Assembly (NCBI GenBank): GCA_040880745.1
Contig: JBBDHX010000010.1
Location: 93,040-157,039, forward strand
Reading direction: 5' to 3'
From: Actinomycetota bacterium
GTDB lineage: Bacteria > Actinomycetota > UBA4738 > HRBIN12
DNA length: 64,000 bases
Positions within the stretch are counted from its first letter, which is position 1. Each line of letters begins with the position of its first letter. Below are positions 34,292 to 45,193 of the stretch, in pieces. The translations under genes were made by a program, and so were the position numbers. The notes under the pieces were generated by a model. That model saw only the letters and a list, made by a program, of their open reading frames with translations, was not told the origin of the DNA and ran no database searches.

Positions 34292-34798
34292 ATGGGCGAG
34301 CAGATCCGAGGCTGGTTCGCGGGGCGCCTGCCGGACGACTGGTTCGAGACGGCGCCCGACATCCAGGCCGACCGCGATGAGATCCTCATCGTCGGCACCC
34401 TCCCCGCACCCGACGCAGGCGCCGACGCGACCGACGCCGTCAAGGCCGAGGCGGCGGATGCGCGCATCCAGGGGTTCCGCGAAGACACGAGGCAGCACCG
34501 GATACGGGTCGCGCGAGAAGCCGAACATCGATTCGGACGCAAGGTGTCCTGGGGAGCGGTCTGCGATCGACGGCGGGCCCTGTTCACGGTGCAGGCACTG
34601 CCAGCGATGACACGTCTGCGCATGGAGGACCGCAAGGTCCTCGACACGTTGGTGGACGCCGGCGTCGCACGGTCGCGTAGTCACGCCCTCGCGTGGTGCG
34701 TTCGTTGGGTTGGACAGAAGCAGGAAGAGTGGCTCGGCGACCTCCGCGAGGCCCTCAAGCAGGTCGAGCAGGTGCGCGACCAGGGACCCACTGGCTGA
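34292..34798 (+). CDS. Hypothetical protein with a C-terminal ribbon-helix-helix-like segment
   Basis: The ATG at 34292 has GGAGA 7 nt upstream; the track start at 34190 is over-extended. The C-terminus MTRLRMEDRKVLDTLVDAGVARSRSHALAWCVRWV fits a strand-helix-helix pattern. Confidence 0.65.
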   Translation: MGEQIRGWFAGRLPDDWFETAPDIQADRDEILIVGTLPAPDAGADATDAVKAEAADARIQGFREDTRQHRIRVAREAEHRFGRKVSWGAVCDRRRALFTVQALPAMTRLRMEDRKVLDTLVDAGVARSRSHALAWCVRWVGQKQEEWLGDLREALKQVEQVRDQGPTG

Positions 34799-34807
34799 TC
34801 CGATCGC

Positions 34808-35041
34808 CTAGTTCGGCCCGGGGGCGCCCCCGGGCGCCCGCGTGACCTCGACTATCGTCCGCATCACGGACCGCACGAGCACGCGATCACCGCTCGCGAG
34901 ATCCGGCGGGGCACTCTCGCGTCCGAGCCGCGTGGTCTCGACCTGCTGGTCGGGGAACCCGAGCACGATCTCCACGTGCGGTGCGCCGTGGACGTCGTAC
35001 GGACGCACCTGCACCACGATCGCTTCGCGTTCATCGAGCAC
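34808..35041 (-). CDS. Possible small hypothetical protein (about 77 aa)
   Basis: This is the C-terminal part of the 522-aa track ORF. From the GTG at 35041 (VLDEREAIVVQVRPYDVHGAPHVEIVLGF...), about 85% of codons end in G/C by hand count. Upstream of that GTG the periodicity decays. Confidence 0.4.
   Translation of the reverse strand: MLDEREAIVVQVRPYDVHGAPHVEIVLGFPDQQVETTRLGRESAPPDLASGDRVLVRSVMRTIVEVTRAPGGAPGPN
34816..34835. terminator. Perfect 20-nt GC palindrome GCCCGGGGGCGCCCCCGGGC
   Basis: It lies 18 nt after the stop of 34292..34798. It also falls within the last codons of the candidate minus-strand ORF 34808..35041. No U-tract. Confidence 0.4.
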
Positions 35042-35101
35042 GCTTGAAAGCCTAACCTCCGCAAGGTCAAGGTTCGGCCCCCCGATGCCGACCATCCGGG
35101 T

Positions 35102-36409
35102 ATGACACCGGGGGGTGGCTCGGTACTTCGACGCATCGTGCAGACGGTGCTGGCGTTGTCGCTCGCAAGTGGCTGGCTGACAGCCGGTGCACCGACTGCC
35201 GCAGCGACATCCGACATCGGCGAGGACGGTTCCGGACCGCGCCAACTCGCAGTCGTCTACAGCGCCGACGCTCTCTCGCGCATGCGGACCCGCGCCGGAA
35301 CCACCATCAGGTTCTCCGACGTGGGACTCGAGCACGCCTGGGCAGCCACGGCCATCCGCCACGTGGCGGGCACCTACGCGTGGATGCGTGATTTCCCGGC
35401 CGATGACGACGGCTCCTACCCGTTCAAACCCGCCAAGATCGAGACACGGAAGTACTTCGCGCGAGCGATGGTGAAGGCGTTCGCTGCCGGCGCTACGGCC
35501 GATCCTTCCGTGCGATTCACCGATCTCGACCCCTCCTCGCCATGGCACCGGTGGGCCGCGATCGCCGTCACGCAGGGTTGGATGAAGGTCGCGGCCGAGG
35601 GCAGGTTCGCACCCGACGAGCCCGTGACCATGGCGACCGCCCACCGCGGCTTGATCGGTGCGCTCGGCCTGCGCTCCACCGCGAGCGACCTCCGGGAGAT
35701 CCACACCGCAGCGGGGCAGACGTTCCGGGTTCCCTCCAACTTCGGGAGCCTGGTGCTGGGGCTCCGACTGGGGCTCCGCTACAACGCCCCGACGGGCTCG
35801 GAGGACCTCGACGTTGGGCCCACGGATCCGCTGTCGCGGGCACAGGTCGCGTATTCGTTGTTCCGCGCCACGACGCTCCCGGCCTGGGGCGTGCCGAACA
35901 TGCGGACCCAATACGACGGCATCGAACTCCCCTTCCTCGGTCCCAAACGCTACGACATGGTGCAGTGGGGCATCCGCTACGCCGGCTACCCCTACGTGTG
36001 GGGCGGCGAGTGGGGCTTCGACAGGCCCGAGCCCTCGGCACTGGGAGGCCAACCACGGTCCGGGTTCGATTGCTCGGGCATCTCGTGGTGGATCCTGCGC
36101 GCGGACGACGGAGGTTCCTGGGATATCGCGCCGCCGCGCCCGTACGCAGGATGGTCGCTCCCACAACGCACGTCGGCGGAGATGGCGCGGTTGACCACGA
36201 ACGAGCTCCGGTACGGCCGGCTCGAGCCCGGCGACCTGATGTTCTACGACGGGAACGACGACGGGGTCGTCGACCACGTGGACACCTTCATCGGCAACGG
36301 GTTCGCGCTCGACTCCTCGAGCACGCCGGGCGGCGTCACGATCATGTGGGTGGGCGACGGGTGGTACCGCGACCACTTCGTCTACGGCCGGCGGATCCTG
36401 CCGGCCTGA
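35102..36409 (+). CDS. Secreted NlpC/P60 (C40) cell-wall hydrolase with an N-terminal repeat region
   Basis: The signal peptide is VLALSLASGWLTAGAPTAAA. The C-terminal catalytic region shows YVWGGEW...GFDCSGISWW...DHVDTFIGNG. Confidence 0.88.
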   Translation: MTPGGGSVLRRIVQTVLALSLASGWLTAGAPTAAATSDIGEDGSGPRQLAVVYSADALSRMRTRAGTTIRFSDVGLEHAWAATAIRHVAGTYAWMRDFPADDDGSYPFKPAKIETRKYFARAMVKAFAAGATADPSVRFTDLDPSSPWHRWAAIAVTQGWMKVAAEGRFAPDEPVTMATAHRGLIGALGLRSTASDLREIHTAAGQTFRVPSNFGSLVLGLRLGLRYNAPTGSEDLDVGPTDPLSRAQVAYSLFRATTLPAWGVPNMRTQYDGIELPFLGPKRYDMVQWGIRYAGYPYVWGGEWGFDRPEPSALGGQPRSGFDCSGISWWILRADDGGSWDIAPPRPYAGWSLPQRTSAEMARLTTNELRYGRLEPGDLMFYDGNDDGVVDHVDTFIGNGFALDSSSTPGGVTIMWVGDGWYRDHFVYGRRILPA

Positions 36410-36415
36410 GGCGCC

Positions 36416-36808
36416 TCACGCGTCCGCCGCGATCGCGGCGTCGAGCATGGCCCGATCCGATGCATCCAGCGGTATCGACGAGCGGGCGACCTCGTCATGC
36501 TTGACGGTCACGGACTCGGCCTCGGCCGCGAGCGTGCCGTCGCGCGTGCGCACTTCTTCGCGTGTCCTGATCGAGGATGTCCCATAGCCGGTACCGACAC
36601 ATGTGACGAGCACCTCTTCGTCCTGCAGCGAGAGTTCGCTGCGGTAGTCGATGGCCACGCGGACCACGACGAACACGAAGGCGTCGCCCATCACCTCGTG
36701 GAACCACCGGTCGCGCGCTTCCTCCAGGTAGTTGAGGTACACCGCGTTGTTCACGTGGCCGTACGAGTCGACGTCGGACCACCGGATCCGCTCGCGATGC
36801 TCGATCAT
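36416..36808 (-). CDS. Hotdog-fold acyl-CoA thioesterase (4HBT/YbgC-like)
   Basis: The product is MIEHRERIRWSDVDSYGHVNNAVYLNYLEEAR... GGTGAGGA lies upstream of the ATG. Confidence 0.85.
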   Translation of the reverse strand: MIEHRERIRWSDVDSYGHVNNAVYLNYLEEARDRWFHEVMGDAFVFVVVRVAIDYRSELSLQDEEVLVTCVGTGYGTSSIRTREEVRTRDGTLAAEAESVTVKHDEVARSSIPLDASDRAMLDAAIAADA

Positions 36809-36833
36809 CCGTGATCCTCACCGAGCTCGGCCA

Positions 36834-37190
36834 ACCGACGGCCGTCAACTCTCCCGTCGTGGTCGCCAGGTCGGGCAGGATCGCGTTGTGCACGGGCTGG
36901 GTGAGGGTGATCGAGCAGGCGGACAGGGCCGCCGTGGCGTAGACGGCGAGCGGCGGCGCCCCCGGCAACGCGAGCCCGCACGCGAGCGCTGTCGCCGCCG
37001 GCACCAACTGGGCGACCGCGACGATGCCCGCGGTGGTCGCCCCGCCGCGTCGGTACGCGTACAACATGATGGCGATGCAGATGGCGTACTCCTGCGCGTT
37101 GAACAGGAAGGATGCGACCAGGACCCTTCGCAGGGATCGGTTCCCCAGGACGGTCCGGTACGCCCGGACGGTGGTCCCCTGCGTCAGCCA
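36834..37190 (-). pseudogene. Decayed N-terminal remnant of an MFS transporter, paralogous to the adjacent MFS-cNMP gene
   Basis: The frame reads WLTQGTTVRAYRTVLGNRSLRRVLVASFLF...MLYAYRRGGATTAGIVAVAQLVPA...ITLTQPVHNAILPDLATTTGELTAVG. It aligns by eye to residues about 20-175 of 37184..38863 (SLKAVLRDASLRRVLLAFAV...FAYERGGTGEMG...MTRPSHLSILPELAETPAQLTAAN). There is an internal gap of about 30 aa, no usable start codon, and truncation at the thioesterase gene. Confidence 0.5.
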
Positions 37191-38827
37191 CCGCGATCCC
37201 CATGCTCGGCGAGACGTCGATCCACCTCGACGGCCAGCACCGCCCCGGCCGGCGACCCCGTCACCGCCGAGAGGAAGTGTTCGCGGTCAAGGGCCAGCAG
37301 CGTGGTCGGGACCGTGGCCGTCACGGTCGCCGTCCGCGGCACGTCTCGCAAGAGCGCGATCTCGCCCGCGTAGTCGCCCGGTCCGAGGATGGCGAGCTCC
37401 GTGCCGCGGCGCGCGACCCTGAGCGAACCCTCCGCGATCAGATAGAAGCGGTCACCTGGTTCCCCCTCACGGATGATGACCGTCTCCGCGCCCACGTCGG
37501 ACCGCACCAGGTGGCGCGCCACCCGCTCGAGGGCGACGGGCCCGAGCGGTCCGAAGAGCGCGGTACCGCGCAGCAGCGCGATGTGAGCAGGGTCAGCGAC
37601 CACCGCCTCGCGATCGACGTTGCGTATCCGGTGAAGCACGAGCAGCGCCGCCGCCGGGAGCCACAGACCCGCGATCATGAACGTGGTGTCGGGGCCCACC
37701 GACGTCACCAATGCGGGGGTCACCACCGAGCCGACCGCGAGGGCGGCCATGCTGAGCCCCTCTTGCACACCGAAGACGCGCGCGAGCACGTCGTCATCGA
37801 CGCTGCGCTGGAGCAACGTGCGCGCAGTCACGTCGAAGAAACTCTTACCGATGCCTGCCGCGCCAAGGAGAACGATGGCGACCACCGGGCCGCTCACGAA
37901 CGCGACGAGCGCGATCGGGACCCCGATCCCGATCACACCCAAGGTGAACGCAGACGCCAGCCGCTCCCTTCCGATCAACGTCACGGTTGCGGCCGCGCCC
38001 AGGAGCCCACCCACCCCGACGGCGGCGGCCAAGACACCGGGGCCGGCAGGGCCCATCGCCAAGACCCCGAACGCGAGGACCACGGTGAGGACGTCGAGGG
38101 CGCCGATAACGATCGTCTGACCGGCGACGAACCCGAGCAGCAGGCGGGCTCCCGGACGGCGGCGAAGCTCACGGAAGCCCTCGAGAGCGCCACCGACCCG
38201 AGGCGTGTGCTCCACCGCGATGCGCGCGCGCGCGTGGACCGCCAGCATCATGATGCCGACCACCAGGAGCCCACCCGACGCCACGCCGTAGACGAGTGCA
38301 GGTCCGGATACGGCCAGCAGCAGCCCTGCGAACAGAGGACCGACGAAGATCGCCAGTCCCTCCAGGGTGCTGGAGAGCGCGTTCGCCGCGGTCAGTTGCG
38401 CAGGGGTCTCAGCCAACTCCGGGAGGATCGAGAGGTGGGAAGGTCTCGTCATCGTCATGGCAACCGACGCAAACGCAGCCACGGTATAGACGACCGGGCG
38501 TGGCAACGCCACGGCCAAGGCGGCGGCCGTCGCACCATCCATGACGCCCTGGGTCAGGTAGCCGAGCGCGAGCGCCCGCTCGCGGTGCATGCGGTCACCG
38601 AGCTGGGATACGAACGGCGCGAGGAGCGCCGTGGGCACCAGCATCACGAGAGCGGCCGTGCCCATCTCGCCCGTCCCTCCGCGCTCGTAGGCGAAGACGA
38701 GGATCGCGATCCACGTCGCGGACTCGGCGGGGCGGTAGACGGCGAAGGCGAGCAGCACGCGACGAAGGCTCGCGTCGCGGAGCACCGCCTTCAAAGACGT
38801 GGCGGTGCCATGTTCCCCTCTGCCCAC
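37184..38827 (-). CDS. MFS transporter fused to a C-terminal cyclic-nucleotide-binding (cNMP) domain
   Basis: There are about 12 hydrophobic segments. They are followed by ALLRGTALFGPLGPVALERVARHLV...REGEPGDRFYLIAEGSL...GPGDYAGEIALLRDVPRTATVTA. I prefer the GTG at 38827 (GGAAGGA 9 nt upstream) over the track TTG at 38863. Confidence 0.85.
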   Translation of the reverse strand: MGRGEHGTATSLKAVLRDASLRRVLLAFAVYRPAESATWIAILVFAYERGGTGEMGTAALVMLVPTALLAPFVSQLGDRMHRERALALGYLTQGVMDGATAAALAVALPRPVVYTVAAFASVAMTMTRPSHLSILPELAETPAQLTAANALSSTLEGLAIFVGPLFAGLLLAVSGPALVYGVASGGLLVVGIMMLAVHARARIAVEHTPRVGGALEGFRELRRRPGARLLLGFVAGQTIVIGALDVLTVVLAFGVLAMGPAGPGVLAAAVGVGGLLGAAATVTLIGRERLASAFTLGVIGIGVPIALVAFVSGPVVAIVLLGAAGIGKSFFDVTARTLLQRSVDDDVLARVFGVQEGLSMAALAVGSVVTPALVTSVGPDTTFMIAGLWLPAAALLVLHRIRNVDREAVVADPAHIALLRGTALFGPLGPVALERVARHLVRSDVGAETVIIREGEPGDRFYLIAEGSLRVARRGTELAILGPGDYAGEIALLRDVPRTATVTATVPTTLLALDREHFLSAVTGSPAGAVLAVEVDRRLAEHGDRGG

Positions 38828-38885
38828 GAGGGCGATCCTTCCAGGCGAGGACCGAGCGCGCAACGCTCGGACTCAGGCGGAACGC

Positions 38886-38911
38886 GAACGGGACCCCGAA
38901 GGGCCCCGTTC
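38886..38911 (-). terminator. Hairpin downstream of groEL (GAACGGGACCC-CGAA-GGGCCCCGTTC, one mismatch)
   Basis: It lies 24 nt after the groEL stop. It is a GC-rich stem with no U-tract, which is common in high-GC genomes. Confidence 0.4.
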
Positions 38912-38934
38912 GAGGATCACGTGCGGTGACTGAA

Positions 38935-40593
<1,659 letters not shown>

Positions 40594-40614
40594 TCAGCCT
40601 GGGCTGTCGACTGC

Positions 40615-40640
40615 TAGCACTCGACAGGTGTGAGTGCTAA
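40615..40640. promoter_or_regulatory. CIRCE (HrcA operator) upstream of groEL
   Basis: The sequence TAGCACTC-GACAGGTGT-GAGTGCTAA matches the consensus TTAGCACTC-N9-GAGTGCTAA apart from the first T. It lies 52 nt upstream of the groEL start. Confidence 0.85.
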
Positions 40641-40843
40641 TGATGGTAGCCCCGGCCGGGCGGGAGTGGCAAGCCTGGAGGGCGACGGCCCCGAGGGGTC
40701 CGGCGATGCCCGGCGTCGGCTCTTCGCCGTCACGCCACGCGCGCATCCCGGCGGAGCATCAGAACTCCAGGAAGGATCAGGAGGCCGAACCCCAGGGCCA
40801 CCCCGACCGCCGCGGGCTCGGGTCGAGCGACCGAGCCATTAGC

Positions 40844-42619
40844 ATGCCGCGCATGTCGGATGCGCCCGCGTGGGTCCGCCGGTTCACGGCGACGAGGCTC
40901 GGTTTCCCGACGTGGGCGGACGCCTGGCCCGACCGGCTCGCGATCGTGACGAACCGGAGCGGCTCATGGCAGGTCTGGGCACACGATCTCGCGACGGGGT
41001 CATGGCGCCGCGCGAGCGATGAGCCGGTGGGGGTGGAGAGCGCCCGGGTGCTCCCCGACGGCCGTATCGCGTGGTTCCAGGACGACTCCGGTGAGGAGAA
41101 GGGCAGGTGGGTAGCCCAGCCCTTCGAGGGGGGAACGATCGAACCCCTCTTCCCGGCGCTCCCGACCGGGTGGTCCCTCGGTATGGCGATGGCACCCGGA
41201 GGGCGTGCGGTCGCAGGCCTCGAGGTCGCCGGCGAGTACCGGGTCTACCTGGTCGACGGCGAGAGCGAGAACGTGCTCTACGCCTCCACGACACCTGCGG
41301 GCGTGGGCTGCGAGTGGCCCGACGGTCTCGGCGGTCTGTCACCGGATGGCCGTTTCGCCGTTATCCGCCACACCGAGCACGGCGACATCCTGCGTCCCGC
41401 GCTCCGCATCGTCGAAACAGCGACGGGGGGGGCGATCGCGGACATCGATGACCAGCCTCGGCGGCTCGAGGCAGGGCCCTGGTCCGAGGACGGGATCCGC
41501 TTCGCCTTCACGAACGAACTCGCCGACCGGGCCCGGCCGTCGGTCTGGGACGCCGGCAGCCGCGAGCGCTTCGACCTGGACGTCGATCTCCCCGGTGATG
41601 TGTACCCCGTGCAGTGGTACGCGGATGGCGACCTTTTGGTGCGCCATGAGTTCGAAGCGCGCGCTCAGCTCTACCGGCGCCATCCGAGTGGCGAACGCAC
41701 GCTCGTCGCCGATCCGATGGGTGACATCGAGGATGCGCGGCTGCGGCCCGGAGGCGTGGCATGGCTCCGCGCGAGCGACGGGACGGCTGCGCATCGCACG
41801 GTCGACGCGTCGGGGACGGTGGCGTTCGCGAGCCTGGATCCCGAGCCGCCCGGGGGGCGCCTCCTGCGCGATGTGTGGACCACGAACCCACGCGGCGACC
41901 GGATCCATACGCTGCTCGCCACGCCCGACGGCGACGGCCCGTTCCCCTTGGTGCTGTCGGTGCACGGCGGACCCGAGTGGCATGAGCGCCACGCCTGGAG
42001 CGCCGAGACGCTCGCCTATGTCGACGCCGGCTACGCGGTCGCGCTTCCCAACTACCGGGGCTCGACCGGCTACGGCGTCGCCTTCCGCGAGGCACTCGTC
42101 GGTGACGTGTGCCACTGCGAGTCGGGAGATCTCATGTCGGTGCTCGACGAACTCATCGCACAGGCGGTCGCCGATCCGGACCGCATCTTCTGGAGCGGCT
42201 GGTCGTGGGGAGGGTGTCTGGCCTGTTTCAATGCAGGGGTCAACCCGAAGCGCTGGCGCGCCATCTTCGCCGGCATACCTGCGGGCGAGTTCGTCGCCGC
42301 CCACCATGCGTCGGCGCCCGAGCTCCAAGCGTGGGACGTCGCGGTGTACGGGGGGCACCCGGAGGAGGTACCCGACGCGTACGGGCGATCGAACCCGATG
42401 ACCTATGTGGGGGCCGTCACGACGCCGATCATCGTGGTAGCGGGAGAACATGATCCTCGGTGCCCCATCGAGGGCGTCACTCCTTGGATCGACGCGGTTC
42501 GCGCCAACGGCGTCGAAGTGGAGGTCCACACCTACCCGGCTGGTCACCACGCGAACGCCATGGCGGACCAGGTCCGTCACCTGCAGGCGGTGCTGGACTT
42601 CTTCTCGCGGCACGGTTGA
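40844..42619 (+). CDS. S9-family serine peptidase (propeller + alpha/beta hydrolase)
   Basis: I start at the ATG at 40844, or 40853 (MPRMSDAPAW...). The nucleophile motif is WSGWSWGG. VVAGEHDPRCP and YPAGHH supply the Asp and His. The track start at 40634 runs across CIRCE. Confidence 0.88.
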   Translation: MPRMSDAPAWVRRFTATRLGFPTWADAWPDRLAIVTNRSGSWQVWAHDLATGSWRRASDEPVGVESARVLPDGRIAWFQDDSGEEKGRWVAQPFEGGTIEPLFPALPTGWSLGMAMAPGGRAVAGLEVAGEYRVYLVDGESENVLYASTTPAGVGCEWPDGLGGLSPDGRFAVIRHTEHGDILRPALRIVETATGGAIADIDDQPRRLEAGPWSEDGIRFAFTNELADRARPSVWDAGSRERFDLDVDLPGDVYPVQWYADGDLLVRHEFEARAQLYRRHPSGERTLVADPMGDIEDARLRPGGVAWLRASDGTAAHRTVDASGTVAFASLDPEPPGGRLLRDVWTTNPRGDRIHTLLATPDGDGPFPLVLSVHGGPEWHERHAWSAETLAYVDAGYAVALPNYRGSTGYGVAFREALVGDVCHCESGDLMSVLDELIAQAVADPDRIFWSGWSWGGCLACFNAGVNPKRWRAIFAGIPAGEFVAAHHASAPELQAWDVAVYGGHPEEVPDAYGRSNPMTYVGAVTTPIIVVAGEHDPRCPIEGVTPWIDAVRANGVEVEVHTYPAGHHANAMADQVRHLQAVLDFFSRHG

Positions 42620-42631
42620 CCCGCGCGGAGC

Positions 42632-43057
42632 TCAGAACCCCCAGGTCACGATGCGGTCCACACGGATGTCCAACATCACCGACGTGCCGGGCACGATGGG
42701 CGACTGTTCGGGGTACTGCGGGTACTTCTCCTCGAGCAGGTTCTTGATCCGCTCCCACTCATACCCCGACTCGATGATCTGAGCCTGGCCGAACACCATG
42801 ACCGCGCGCAACCGATCCCAATCCTCGTTGTACTCGTCAACCGTGATGGAGACCTGCGGGTTCTCGCGGATGTTGCGCACCTTCACCGTCGCGAACTCGC
42901 TGGCGAGGACCACCCGGTCGAGGTCCAGCACCGGCGACACAGGCACGACATGCGGCTCTCCGCCCGGCCGAACGGTCCCCAGGTACGCCACGCGCGCCGC
43001 GGCGAAGAGCTCGGCGGCGCCACCCGTCAGCAGGGGCCCTTGATCGAAGAGACTCAC
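42632..43057 (-). CDS. Pyridoxamine 5'-phosphate oxidase-fold (PPOX-class, possibly F420/FMN-binding) protein
   Basis: The GTG start forms a GTGA overlap with the acs stop. The block [22 protein letters not shown]...[17 protein letters not shown] is typical of the split-barrel family. Confidence 0.8.
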   Translation of the reverse strand: MSLFDQGPLLTGGAAELFAAARVAYLGTVRPGGEPHVVPVSPVLDLDRVVLASEFATVKVRNIRENPQVSITVDEYNEDWDRLRAVMVFGQAQIIESGYEWERIKNLLEEKYPQYPEQSPIVPGTSVMLDIRVDRIVTWGF

Positions 43058-45009
43058 CCTTCGCCCCCAGTGACGACCTGCTCGTTGATCTGCTGCACGA
43101 TCTCGGCGTTCGCGAGCGTGGTCACGTCACCCAGTGTGTTGCCTCGCGCGACGTCACGGAGCAAGCGCCGCATGATCTTGCCGCTGCGCGTCTTCGGCAG
43201 GTCCGGCGTGAAGATGATCTCGTCGGGCTTCGCGATCGGTCCGATCACCTTCGCAACGTGCTCGCGGAGCCCCGCCAGGACGTCGGCGTTGCCTTCGATG
43301 CCGGCTTTCAACGTCACGAAGGCGACGATGCCTTCACCCTTGATGTCGTGCGGCTTGGACACGACCGCGGCCTCGGCGACCCGCTCGTCATCCACGAGCG
43401 CGGACTCGATCTCGAAGGTCGAGAGCCGATGGCCGGCGACGTTCATCACGTCGTCGATACGGCCGAGGAGCCAGAAGTAGCCCTCCTCGTCCAGGCGCGC
43501 CCCGTCGCCGGCGACATAGACCTCGGGACCGAACTTGGAGAAGTACGTATCGACGTAGCGATCGGGGTCGCCCCAGATCGTGCGCGCTATCGAAGGCCAC
43601 GGATGCCGCAGCACCAGATAGCCCCCGCCGCCCAGGCCGACCGATGCGCCGCTCTCATCGACGACGTCGGCCTCGATCCCGGGGAACGCGAGCGTGGCCG
43701 AGCCGGGCTTGAGCGCGGTCATGCCCGGGAGCGGCGTGATCAAGATCGCGCCCGTCTCGGTTTGCCACCAGGTGTCCACGACCGGACAGCGCTCACCTCC
43801 GATCACCGTCCAGTACCACACCCACGCCTCGGGATTGATCGGCTCACCGACCGACCCCAGGAGCCGCAGCGACGACAGGTCACGCCCCAGGGGGAACTCC
43901 GTCCCCCAACGCATGAACGCGCGGATCGCGGTGGGCGCCGTGTACAGGATGCTCACGCGGTACCGCTCGATGATGGACCACCACCGGTCCTTCTCCGGCC
44001 AGTCGGGGGCGCCCTCGTACATGACACCCGTGGTGTGGTTCGCGAGCGGCCCGTACACGATGTAGGAATGCCCCGTGACCCAGCCACAGTCGGCCGCGCA
44101 CCAATAGACGTCGTCGTCGTGGATGTCGAAGACCATGCGATGGGTGGCCGCGACCTGCGTCATGTAGCCGCCGGTGGTGTGCACGATGCCCTTCGGCTTG
44201 CCGGTGGTGCCGCTCGTGTACAGCAGGTAGAGCAGGTCCTCGGCGTCCATGGGCTCCGGCTCGCAGACGACGGGCTGATCCGCGACCAACTCGTGATACC
44301 AGTGGTCGCGTCCGTCGGTGAAGCCGTGCTCGTTGCCACAGCGCCGGACGGTGATCACGTGCTCGATCGATGGGCAGTCCTTCACGGCCTCATCAGCGTT
44401 GTCCTTGAGCGGCACGATGGTCCCGCGGCGCCAGGCACCGTCCGCCGTTATGAGCACCTTGGCCGCGGCGTCATTGATCCTGTCGCGCAATGACTCGGCG
44501 CTGAACCCACCGAACACGACCGAGTGCGGAGCGCCGATCCGGGCGCATGCCAGCATCGCGATCGGCAGCTCGGGCACCATGCCCAGGTAGATGTTCACCC
44601 GGTCGCCTTTGCCCACCCCCAGGGCACGCAACGCGTTCGCGAGGCGGCACACGTCTTCGAGCAATCCTGCGTAGGTGATGGTCCGCGTGTCGCCGGGCTC
44701 GCCCTCCCAATGGAACGCCACCTTGGCGCCACCGCCTGCCTCGACATGGCGATCGAGACAATTCACGCTCGCGTTCAAGACCCCGCCCGAGAACCACTTC
44801 ACCCACGGAGGGGTCCATTCCATCACGCTGTCCCACGGCTCGATCCAGTCGAGCCGCTCGGCCTGGGCGGCCCAGAAGGCCTCGTGGTCGGCGGCCTGTT
44901 CATAGATCTGCGGGTCCGTGACCAGCGCGTTCGCTCGGAACGCCGCGCGTGGCTCGAAGACGCGTTCCTCGGATAGGAGAGCCTCGATGTCCTGCTGGGG
45001 GTCGCTCAC
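43054..45009 (-). CDS. acs: Acetyl-CoA synthetase (AMP-forming)
   Basis: The GTG at 45009 has GGGAGGA 8 nt upstream. Motifs seen: [28 protein letters not shown], and the C-terminal [14 protein letters not shown]. The track start at 45204 overlaps the plus-strand microprotein gene. Confidence 0.95.
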   Translation of the reverse strand: MSDPQQDIEALLSEERVFEPRAAFRANALVTDPQIYEQAADHEAFWAAQAERLDWIEPWDSVMEWTPPWVKWFSGGVLNASVNCLDRHVEAGGGAKVAFHWEGEPGDTRTITYAGLLEDVCRLANALRALGVGKGDRVNIYLGMVPELPIAMLACARIGAPHSVVFGGFSAESLRDRINDAAAKVLITADGAWRRGTIVPLKDNADEAVKDCPSIEHVITVRRCGNEHGFTDGRDHWYHELVADQPVVCEPEPMDAEDLLYLLYTSGTTGKPKGIVHTTGGYMTQVAATHRMVFDIHDDDVYWCAADCGWVTGHSYIVYGPLANHTTGVMYEGAPDWPEKDRWWSIIERYRVSILYTAPTAIRAFMRWGTEFPLGRDLSSLRLLGSVGEPINPEAWVWYWTVIGGERCPVVDTWWQTETGAILITPLPGMTALKPGSATLAFPGIEADVVDESGASVGLGGGGYLVLRHPWPSIARTIWGDPDRYVDTYFSKFGPEVYVAGDGARLDEEGYFWLLGRIDDVMNVAGHRLSTFEIESALVDDERVAEAAVVSKPHDIKGEGIVAFVTLKAGIEGNADVLAGLREHVAKVIGPIAKPDEIIFTPDLPKTRSGKIMRRLLRDVARGNTLGDVTTLANAEIVQQINEQVVTGGEG

Positions 45010-45193
45010 GGCGGTCGTCCTCCCTGGCTTCGGCGAGGCCAGCATCCTACGCAAGGCCCCCCATGGCTGCGACCCGGCGGACCCACACGGACCCCAAGGT
45101 GCTTGCATCGGCCAGCCGTAGCCACCACCATCGTCGCCAAGCCGCCCGTACGGGGCGGCTTCGAAGCTTCGCGAAGGGGAAGGGAGGCCGCGG

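Noticed and set aside
34836-35101. A ydaO/c-di-AMP-type riboswitch upstream of the NlpC/P60 gene.
   Set aside because: Only a partial resemblance to the 3' consensus (AGCCTAACCTCCGCAAGG versus AGCUAACCUCGUAAGCG) and one GGGGAACCC block are visible. I cannot find the paired pseudo-symmetric half. The minus strand has coding-type codon bias over most of the stretch. It is kept as an open question in the findings but not called as a feature.
40730-40801. A possible 23-aa hydrophobic peptide (VALGFGLLILPGVLMLRRDARVA) on the minus strand between CIRCE and the S9 peptidase gene.
   Set aside because: There is no SD, it has a GTG start only, and it is far below any length at which codon bias can be judged. 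The region is more simply explained as the divergent promoter region of groEL and the peptidase gene.
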